Shown here: positions 19,451 through 29,200 of the stretch, in pieces
Layout: each line of letters begins with the position of its first letter
Position numbering within the stretch: the stretch's first letter is position 1
Assembly: GCA_964436325.1 (NCBI GenBank)
Contig: CAYTDH010000006.1
Coordinates: forward strand, 1 to 33,523
Source: an uncultured Tangfeifania sp.
Lineage (GTDB): Bacteria > Bacteroidota > Bacteroidia > Bacteroidales > Prolixibacteraceae
Reading direction: 5' to 3'
Length of the DNA stretch: 33,523 nucleotides
Notes under the pieces: generated by a model
Told to the model about the DNA's origin: nothing
What the model saw: only the letters and a program-made list of their open reading frames with translations
The model's database searches: none
Position numbers and translations under genes: made by a program

Positions 19451-19950
19451 GTATCATGTCAACTATGGTATGACGGATAAAGTTGAATCAATTTAACACG
19501 AGCATCAATTGTGGTAAACTGCCATTTAATCTTCTTATACAAATTATTTCTATCATTTTCCCAGGCTATTACTTCATTTCTGACTGTTTCAACCTTGATA
19601 ATTCTTCTTCCAAGGCATTGATTGTTTAAGACATTGAGCTCTATTTCGGCCATATTAAGCCAACTGCCCTGTTTCGGGGTGTAAACAAATTCAAATCTGT
19701 CCCATATCCGTTTAGCCTCTTCCGGCTCGAACGTTCGTATAATGCTCCGGGCGTATGAGTGCCAAAATTATCATGCATCACTTTTTTAGCAGCATGGGTT
19801 CCTGAGCGCGTAATTGTCATTAATTGATCTCTTTCTTCCTTGGTAAAAGTTACTTTGTAGGTGTTCATAGCCGTTATTTTTCCAGCTAAGTTATTGAATA
19901 TCTTCAGATTATCATCAAATTTATACGTCAATGTATATGTGACATTATAC
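19451..19950 (-). mobile_element. Internally deleted IS630-family element (500 bp, non-autonomous) with terminal inverted repeats and TA duplication
   Basis: Ends ctagtatcatgtca (19448-19461) and tgacattatactag (19940-19953) match at 13/14, each containing CTAG with a flanking TA; IS630 transposase fragments lie inside. Confidence 0.88.
19459..19868 (-). pseudogene. IS630 transposase remnant (N-terminus fused to C-terminal DDE part, plus a 1-nt frameshift)
   Basis: MNTYKVTFTKEERDQL..ITRSG is joined directly to HDNFGTHTPGALYE. After a frameshift at ~19733 it reads FEPEEAKRIWDRFEFVYTPKQGSWLNMAEIELNVL..QCL.RRI...W...RN....IKWQFTT.DARVKL..LYP. Confidence 0.88.
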
Positions 19951-20422
19951 TAGTTATCATTGTTTTCATCTGCTCTATAAAAATATTCAGTATTCTTTCG
20001 TATTGTTGATTCGTAATTTCAGATTTATTTTTTTTTATCTGTTTAAATTGCTATTTTTAATAAATAGGATTTTAATACAGAAGATTTATAAAATTGTGAC
20101 GCTAAATTTCTTTTGGTAAAGGGGAGAAAGATAATATTTATAAGAAAAAGGTCAAAAAATATTAGGATATTATTATATGAATATCCTAAATTGCAGCCGG
20201 ATTCGTATAAAGATTTCAAAAATGCAGAAGTTTTTTTGGTAAATAGTTGATTTTTAGTGTTTATCGTTTTAGAGTGAATTAGATTCAAAAAATTATTTGT
20301 TTTGGAATAACTTTTCAAGATTGCAAATAACAATTATATTATTTTCAGCGGCCACTTTTTTGAAAAAAATGGTCTTAATTCGAAAGGGTAAGATTGATAA
20401 ATAATTATAAAAAAGCAAGCAT

Positions 20423-23227
20423 ATGAAAAATTTTACTTCCAGCATTCGCAAGCTATTTTTTTTAAGTTTTCTTTTTCTTTTTTCGGGATTTTTTGCAAAA
20501 GCCCTGGAGTTTGATCCTCATGACTGGCACCTGGTGAGTCAGAATACAACTGATGGATATGTTACCATTGATGTTGAGCGCTATGACGGGGGCACTGAGA
20601 TTGATCATAATCTTTACCTTCAGGTCAACAATGAAGGGGAATGGGAAACCATCTGGCATTACCGGCATTACACAGATAGCGATGGCAAAAACTGGTATAG
20701 TCAGGATTATGCCGAATGGTATATTGATCATATTGATCGTGGTCGGGTAGATGTGGATGCAGATGGCTACAGGGAATATGTAACGAGATTGAGAATACGA
20801 AGGTCTCCCACCGGTGTTTATAATTCTCCGGTTTCTTTTCGGTGGAGGGAGGAAGGGACGGTGAAGGATAATTTTTCCTTTACCTTTTACAAACCCAAAG
20901 GTCCTGGTAATTTGCAGGCTTCCAGAGGTTTGTGTAACAGGATTGAATTGTCATGGGATGAACCTTCCAATACCCGCTCAAATGGTTCGAATTCCTATTA
21001 TATTTACCGGGACGGATTTTACCTTGGCTCTACGTCATCCAGGAGTTATACATGGAATAGTCCGGCTGACGGAACGGAATATGATTTCTCCGTTCGAATG
21101 TTGACCAGCTATAACAGTGTGACCAATTATGGTGAATATTCCATGGAGGTTGCCGGGAATTCAAAGCCACGGCCTGAAGCTCCGACGAACGTTATCGCTT
21201 CCTCCGATTTATGCGACGGCACCATCAAAATAGACTGGCAATGGACAAGTGAAACGCCGGATAACTTTCAAATTCAGCGGAGTACCAGTTCGGGGGGGGG
21301 ATATACCACTTTAAGCAGTACTGTTCCTGGTGATCGCAACTATTACGAAGACACGCCGCCTGCCCAAAATACGACCTACTATTACCGGGTGAGGGCCAGG
21401 AACGATTGTGGTGACTGGGGAACTTATTCCACCCCTGCTAGCGGGGTAGCCCCTGCAGCACCTGCCGATCCGTCGAATGTGCAATATTCACTTTTGGGGA
21501 ATATCGTGCAAATTACCTGGAATGACAATTCGTTCAATGAGGAGAAGTTTGTGGTAACCCGAACCAATCTGAACACCGGGGTCACCAATGAATTTGAAGT
21601 GGATGCGGATACTGAGGTGCATGAAGATGATAAAGCTCAGTTGTGTATTCCTTATGAATATGAAATAGAGGCAGTGAACAATTGCGGCTCTTCCAATAAG
21701 GTTTCTTCCGGGGATGTTATATTGTCTCCCGACCTGAGTAATACTTTTCCCGAAGGTTCTTTCAAGACTTCCAAGGGGTTTTTCCCCGATGTTGTAAGGT
21801 TGGAGTGGGACAACAACAACCGGAACCAAATCAATTCCTATTATATATACCGGAAGGTATACGGCAGCAATGACTCCACTTTGCTGGCCACTTTAGACGG
21901 TGCACTTGCTTCTTACGAAGATGAATATGCGGAAAACGGCGTGGTGTATGAATACTCCATTAAAGCGGAAGGATTATGCGACACCCTTTCGGTATGGAGT
22001 AATGTGATTGCCGATATCGGTTTTCAGAACCCTGCCGGAGTGGTGAGCGGAAAAATCACTTACGGTTCCGGAGAACCGGTGAAAGGAATTACCGTGACTG
22101 CTGAAAGCAGTGAATTGCTGGAAACTTCCAGCATGGCGCTGAACGGGTATAGCTCCTATATGGAAATACCCCACAATTCCTCATTTGAAATCCAGGATGC
22201 ATTTACTTTTCAGGCCTATGTGAGAATGAGTGCCATTCAAAGCAGCTCCATTTTCAACAAAGGCAGCCAATATCAGTTGGATTATACCGGAAGTGCTTTT
22301 GAATTTTCTGTTGGCGGCGATGTATTGACTTATTCCTTTACCATGCCTGTGGATAAATTCGTCCACATTACTGCTGTTTTCGACGGTAGCTCAAGCCACC
22401 TCTATCTGGACGGGGAATTGGTCCGGACAAAGACAAATGTGGCCTCCCCCGCATCCAATAATTCCCCGCTGGTTATCGGGAGATGGAATGGATCCGATTA
22501 TTTATCAGGTTATATTGATGAAATCCGGCTTTGGAAAACGGCACTTGATTCTGCAACCATCAGCAATGATTTCAACCGGTACATCTCCTTCCGGCACAAT
22601 GACTTGTTGGGATATTACCGTTTAAATGAAAATATTCCCATCGACGTTTTTTTCGATATTTCCAAATCGGATTTAACCTTTAATGAGAACCATGGAACAT
22701 TGGTTGATTGTTCCTATTCTTCTGTTGTTCCGGAGAAGCAGCAGCTTTGGTTCAGGGGACTGACCGATGAGAACGGAGATTACCTGATTACTGGTATTCC
22801 CTATTTAACCGATGGTTCTTCATTCAATATTGTTCCCATGCTCTCGCCTCATGAGTTTAACCCTGCAAGTAAAACCCTGTTTCTGAGTGATGAATCTCAG
22901 GTGCACAACAACATTGATTTTACGGATATTTCATCGTTTAAAGTGAATGGTTCGGTGGTTTACCGCAACACCACACTTGGCGTTGAGGGGGTTTATATTT
23001 TAGTGGATGGTGAGATGGTTTTTGGCCCCGATAACAAACCGGAAGTAACCAATGAAAAAGGGGAATTTGAAATTCAGGTTCCCATCGGAAGTCATTACAT
23101 TAGTCTGAGAAAAGACGGGCATTCTTTTGCTGACGGGGGACGCTGGCCCTTCCCGATTCGATTATCCGGCACAATTTTAACCAAAACCTTACTTTTGGAC
23201 AGCCTTTTATTGATACCACTCTGGTAA
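20423..23227 (+). CDS. 5' part of a giant secreted FN3/LamG protein (signal peptide, N-terminal domain, ~4 fibronectin-III domains, LamG, carboxypeptidase-regulatory-like sandwiches); frameshifted at ~23150
   Basis: Signal peptide ending FAKA/LE; FN3 repeats (PKGPGNLQAS..IELSW, PEAPTNVIAS..YYYRVRARN, PADPSNV..ITWNDNS, VRLEW..YEYSIKA); LamG (FTFQAYVR..HITAVFDG..LYLDG..GYIDEIRLW). The last ~24 aa are probably out-of-frame tail. Confidence 0.85.
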   Translation: MKNFTSSIRKLFFLSFLFLFSGFFAKALEFDPHDWHLVSQNTTDGYVTIDVERYDGGTEIDHNLYLQVNNEGEWETIWHYRHYTDSDGKNWYSQDYAEWYIDHIDRGRVDVDADGYREYVTRLRIRRSPTGVYNSPVSFRWREEGTVKDNFSFTFYKPKGPGNLQASRGLCNRIELSWDEPSNTRSNGSNSYYIYRDGFYLGSTSSRSYTWNSPADGTEYDFSVRMLTSYNSVTNYGEYSMEVAGNSKPRPEAPTNVIASSDLCDGTIKIDWQWTSETPDNFQIQRSTSSGGGYTTLSSTVPGDRNYYEDTPPAQNTTYYYRVRARNDCGDWGTYSTPASGVAPAAPADPSNVQYSLLGNIVQITWNDNSFNEEKFVVTRTNLNTGVTNEFEVDADTEVHEDDKAQLCIPYEYEIEAVNNCGSSNKVSSGDVILSPDLSNTFPEGSFKTSKGFFPDVVRLEWDNNNRNQINSYYIYRKVYGSNDSTLLATLDGALASYEDEYAENGVVYEYSIKAEGLCDTLSVWSNVIADIGFQNPAGVVSGKITYGSGEPVKGITVTAESSELLETSSMALNGYSSYMEIPHNSSFEIQDAFTFQAYVRMSAIQSSSIFNKGSQYQLDYTGSAFEFSVGGDVLTYSFTMPVDKFVHITAVFDGSSSHLYLDGELVRTKTNVASPASNNSPLVIGRWNGSDYLSGYIDEIRLWKTALDSATISNDFNRYISFRHNDLLGYYRLNENIPIDVFFDISKSDLTFNENHGTLVDCSYSSVVPEKQQLWFRGLTDENGDYLITGIPYLTDGSSFNIVPMLSPHEFNPASKTLFLSDESQVHNNIDFTDISSFKVNGSVVYRNTTLGVEGVYILVDGEMVFGPDNKPEVTNEKGEFEIQVPIGSHYISLRKDGHSFADGGRWPFPIRLSGTILTKTLLLDSLLLIPLW

Positions 23228-23229
23228 CG

Positions 23230-26200
23230 GTGGTGGGGCGTGTTATCGGAGGTACCGGAAGCAATCCCATCCCCATGGGTTTTGACCAATCGGAGAACAA
23301 TATCGGGAAGGCCACCATTATGCTTACCCATGACTCCTTTTCGGATATGACCTTTAAAAATACCAAGACGGGGTTTGATACGGTTGCCTATACCGTGGCC
23401 ACCGAAATCAATGAGTCCGGGGATACCACCTTTCAGGATATCCAGCACCGTATGAACAGGGAGGATAACTATACCTATATTTACACATCAGAAACTTCAG
23501 GTGAATTTGTTGCCAAACTGATACCCGAAAAATTTTCCATTGTTGATATTGATGTGGATAACGATGCATTCAATGATGTTAAAAACTTTTTTGGTACCCG
23601 TGTAATCGATTTATCGGGTAACCTTACCCAAAAACATGAAGTGTTGCGCGATGAAAGTGGGAATGCCATTGATTCGATTCCCTATCATCTGAAGTTAAAT
23701 TACATATACCAAACCCCTCCTGAGATCAGTGTTACCAATGCCAATGATTCAGTTCTATTCTATGGGGAACAGGAGATGACCTATGTTGATCCCAGCACAG
23801 GGAATGATCAGACGTTAACAGTTGCTGATCATTTCAGGTATCCTGTTTTTCAGATGATGAAAGATTATTCTTCTGAAATTTCGGTATTTGAATCCTACGA
23901 GAATTTCGACACCGGGGAAAATACGTACCAGTCGATTAAGGAAGCAGAAATCCGGATTATCAATGATCTGGCGATTGACAATCAGGTCAAAACGTACCGG
24001 TTAACTCCTGATATGGATGGCACGGTAGTGGATACCTTCAAAGTGGGCCTTCCCAACATTACCAAAAGTGAAGATGACAAAACTTCGTTTACCAAAACGA
24101 TGCAGATCAATGTTACGGTTGACGGGAATACCTTTGCGTGGGAACCGGGCGGTGAAATATACCGGGCTTATATTACTGGTCAGCGGCCCAAAGGGAATAA
24201 TTTTTATACTGAAGGTCCTCAGGTTCCTGAGATTATCCTACGTGACCCTCCGGGGACAAATTCTTCGGCCTATATTGAGAAAGGGTCCAGTTACTCTGTG
24301 AGTTCAAGTTTTTCCACCGATTTTGACAATGGTTCTGGTTTTGGTGCTGAAATTTTACTCGGTGTAGAGGTTGCTGCCGGCGGAGGGCTGGCTGGTCCGG
24401 TGATAAAAACGGATACCAAAAATTCGGGAAAAACAGGTCTTTCTTTTTCCACTACTGTAAACGAGAGCGGAGAGTATGTGCAGTCTTACGAATTTTCTGA
24501 AAGGGTGGAAACGAGCTCAGACCCGGGTATGGTTGGATCAATGGCCGATATCTACATCGGAAAAAGTTACAACTATTTCTATGGCGAAACAGACCACCTG
24601 AAGGTTGTTCCTTATGATTTAGCCACCGATAATGGAATCATTGCTTTGGATGGTTCTGAATTGAAAGATACTCAATTTACCCTTGGTATTGTTGAAGGGT
24701 TTGTGATGAATCCGGATAACTCCGACACGTATTTTAAATATACACAGGCGCACATCATCAATAAACTGCTTCCCGAACTGGAAAGCCGGAGAAATAACCT
24801 GTTTTTAACGGCAAAGCGTTCCGATGGCAGTTTGAAGTATGAAACACATGTTCCTGAATCAGACCTTCGTTACGGGGTGGCACACAGTTACGATGTGGAG
24901 GTTTCCGGAGGGGATACCATTGTTTACGGCTATTATAGAATGAGTGATACCGACAGCATGGTCAGTTATTCATTCAGACCTGAACAGCAAACCATCGAAG
25001 ATTTAAACAACCTTCAGAATGATACCATTTATGAGGTAGATTCCATCCGGTACTACAATTCGCAAATTGGAATTTGGATTGATGCCATTCGGTTGAACGA
25101 GGCCGAAAAGGCAATGGCGATAGAGAATAACACGCTGGAGCGGAATATCTCTTTTGATGGAGGCGTTGGCTCAATCACCCGGAGAGAAACCCAGACCATT
25201 GCTTACAACAGAGAAGAATCGCGAACCAAGAATATGCATTTTGGTGCTCAGGGTTCGGTGGGGTTTACCTTTAACCGGACTGGTGTTGTTGCCACCGGGG
25301 AACTGAGCATATCCCATTCGCTGGGGGTAAGTGCCGGAGAAGGGTTTGAACAGTCTCTGGAATATGGATATACCCTTGATGATGGCGATGCAGGAGACTA
25401 TTACAGTCTGAATGTTTACCGCCGTCCTGAAAGTGGAATCTTTAATGCCAACGATTTGCAGGAAACCAAAATGGATATGCCGGCAAATTTTGATTTCGGC
25501 ATTCTGGGGCAGGGTGTTGCTCTGGTAGGAGGTGCTATTTCGGTAGCTGCTGCTGCATCTTATAATGCAGGCGGGGGCATCCCCATTGTGGCTGGAGCAA
25601 CCACCATGGCTATTGCTGCAGGTTTATCCTATATCCCTTATGTCAGCTTTAAGGATGATGTGGAAGAGGTAGGAGAGCGTTTTAGTCCGGGGGATATCCG
25701 GGTTTCCAGTTTCAATATTTCAAGTCCCATTTTTTCCACCCTTGGAGGCCAAACCATGTGTCCTTATCAGGGATTGGAGCACACCTTCTTTTATCGCGAT
25801 GCACAGGGTGATTCAGTGGTTTTCCACAAGCCGACACTTCAGCGGGAGAAACCGGAGATAACCGCGGAACCGAGGGAAGTTTACCAGGTTCCGGTTACCG
25901 ACCAGGCTTTTTTTAACATCAGGCTTTCCAATAATACCGAGAGTGGCGATGACCAATGGTATACCGTAAGTGTGGATGAAAAAACCAATCCAAACGGGGC
26001 GGCTGTCAGAATAGACGGTGCCACCGCAAACAAAACCATCCTGGTGCCAGCCAATACAACCGTTACCAAGGTGCTGTCCATTTCTCCTACCGATCCGTCG
26101 GTGATGGAATACGACAGCATTGGAATTGTGATTCACTCAACCTGTCAGTACGATCCTACCGATTTTATCCCTGACATTTCCGATACCGTTTATTTGTCAG

Positions 26201-29200
26201 CCAGCTTCCAGCCGGCCTGTACGAATGTGGAAATTCTTGAACCGCTCGATAACTGGGTGGTGAATGTTCAGGACAATGATACCATGACCGTACGCATCGG
26301 TGATTACAATTTAGGGCACAGTTCTTTTGAGAGTTTCCGTTTTGAATACAAACCTACCTCCGGAAGTATTTGGATTCCGGGGAAATATTTTGTGAACGAT
26401 CCTGCTCTGGCTAATAAGGACGAGGTACTGGACACCCTGCTGATCAATGATCAGTCGTTTGTGGCCTTCGACTGGGATATGACTACGCTTAAAGACAGGG
26501 CTTACGATATCCGGGTAGTATCCCAATGTTCTGATGGTTCGGAAAACGAGTCCATCATCCTTTCGGGGATTCTCGACGGACAGCGTCCTCAGGTGTTTGG
26601 AACACCCCAGCCTGCCGACGGCATCCTCAATATCGATGAAAACATTAGTGTTCAGTACAATGAACCCATTGAGGGCGGATTGTTGAACCAGTTCAACTTC
26701 GATGTTAAAGGAACACTCAATTACTTTGAACTGAAACACGAAGCCTATATCCGCCTCAACGGGGCAGGAGATTACGCTGCGATTCCCGAGGGGATATCCT
26801 TTAACGATAAATCCTTTACGATTGAATTCTGGGTGAGACCGGATGATTACAACAATGCGGTCATATTATCTCAGGGGAATGACCCGGAGACCAACCTTGA
26901 AATCGGATTGATGGAGGGAGACAAAACCTACTTTAAAATCGGGAATGTGGTTTCAGAAGCTTCCTTCCAGTTTTCTCCGGCAGTGCCTTCGGATCAATGG
27001 CAACACATGGCTTATGTATTTGATTATGCCAATGGCGATATATTTATTTATCAGAACGATAAAATCATTCTTGAAAGGCGGAGTGTAAGTGTCACGTACA
27101 ATAACTCCGGTAAGATATATATCGGAAAGTCTTCGGTGACAGGAGAGGATTATTTTGCAGGAAGTATCCATGAATTGCGGATATGGTCCAAATACCTTTC
27201 CAATGGTGATGTGTATGCCAATCAGTACACTGCTCTTTCCGGGAACGAAGTGGGACTTTATGGTTACTGGCCCCTCGATGAGGCTTTTGGTGAACTGGCC
27301 ATCGATAAGGCAGCCAATCGCCACATGGAGGTGTATGCTCCATGGGAAGTTTATCCCGGCGGTTCTTCCTGGGATTTTTCGGGGAATAATTGTCTGGAAT
27401 TCTACACTGGTTACTTCAGCATTATTCCGGAAATGGACTACACCCTGGAATTTTGGTTTAAAGATAATAACCCTTCTGATACCGTTGCGCTCTTCTCCAA
27501 TCAGAAAGGCGACGGAAATGAAAGTGAGGGGTTGATGGAAAAGGCCCTGACTGTTTTGGCTTCTCCCGACGGTAAGATATGGGTGGCCAGCAAGGGGAAT
27601 CTTTTTGAAGCCACCTCGGTAGATTATTTCGACAACACCTGGCATCATTTTGCACTGGTTGTTCGTCGACGGGGCAATGTTACGGCTTTCATTGATGGCG
27701 AACCGCAAAATGAACAGGAGAACAGTATTCTCGGGGGCATCTCGGGGGGTAAGATGGCGCTCGGGGCCCGCAAATGGGACAATATAAGCGGCACCGGAAG
27801 CGACTGGTATTACAGTGGAAAGCTGGATGAGTTCCGTCTCTGGAACCTGGCCAAAACCACAACCCAGATTCGTATGGACATGAATTCCAAGCTCCATGGC
27901 GATGAAATTGGCTTACAGGTGTATCTTCCCTTTGAAGGGTATTACGAAGACAACCTGGGCGTGATGCACCAAAACCCAACACTGGAAAATTTCATGACCG
28001 ATGTGAATGCTACCGATGCCGAGGCCTGTGTGGGTGATGCTTATACCACCGATGCACCCAATATGAAGGATGTGAGACCGGTGCAAAGCATTGCCTATGA
28101 TTATGTGGCTTCGGAGGATAAAATTATCATCAATCCCAAATCCTATCTCTATCCGCAATTAGAAAAGAACATTATTGAAATAACCGTAGAAGGAGTGGAA
28201 GATAAATATGGAAACCCGATGGCATCGCCTGTCACCTGGACAGCCTACGTTCACCGGAACCAGGTTCGCTGGGAAGACGAGCGGAGGTTTTTTACCAAGG
28301 AGATTTACAAACCATTTGAGTTTGTTTCAACTATAAAGAACACCGGAGGACAACAAATCGGATTTACGATTGCCAACCTGCCCCCATGGCTGACGGCCAA
28401 TCCCTCTTCCGGTGTTATCAACCCTGAATCGTCGCTTCCCATCACCTTTACCATCAATCCTGCTTTGAACATCGGGGAGTATGACGAGGATATCATACTA
28501 CGCACCGAAAACGGCTTTGATGAGAAATTGCCGTTAGCGGTGAGGGTATACAAAACCCCTCCTGACTGGGAGGTAAATCCTGCGAAGTTTGAATATACCA
28601 TGAACATGGTGGGCAGGGTGAAGATTGAGGATGTGCTTTCAACAGATGAATATGATCTGGTAGCCGCCTTTGTGGACGATACCATCCGGGGAGTTGCGAA
28701 TGTGCGTTACCTGGAAGAGTTTGATTCCTATTTGGTGTTCCTGAATGTTTACGGGAATGTCAATGGGGAAGAATTGGAATTCCGCATTTGGGATGCCAGT
28801 GCAGGTCAGATTTTGGATAATGTAAAACCCTTTGATATTTCCTTTGTGCCCAATGGCGTGGTGGGGACTACCATCGATCCGGTACTCTTTGAAGCAACCG
28901 GTTTGCAACGGCAATACATTCCTCTGGCCAAAGGATGGAATTGGGTTTCATTTAATAAGTTAGCCTCCAGTCAAGATAACCTGAACTCCTTTTTTGCCTC
29001 GCTTGAGCCGGAGCAAAACGATCAGATCAAAACCCACGGAGGCGGTTTTAATACCTTTGATATGATGACTGGCTGGGTTGTCGGAGGAATCGATTCCATT
29101 GATAACCGTCAAATGTATCAGATGAAAATCAGCAGCAATGATACCATCATTTACAGTGGGGAATCCCTGGTACCGGAAGAAAACCCCATTGAGCTGACTG

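Noticed and set aside
20043..20333. 96-aa minus-strand ORF in the AT-rich spacer
   Set aside because: TTG start and low-complexity F/L/K/N composition typical of translated AT-rich promoter DNA.
23134..23160. Programmed -1 ribosomal frameshift
   Set aside because: No canonical slippery heptamer or clear stimulatory hairpin; a simple 1-nt deletion or sequencing error is more parsimonious, though not formally excluded.
26953..27897. 314-aa minus-strand ORF (also 28960-29682, 13158-13796 and many shorter ones)
   Set aside because: Antisense shadows of well-supported genes, with no recognisable motifs.
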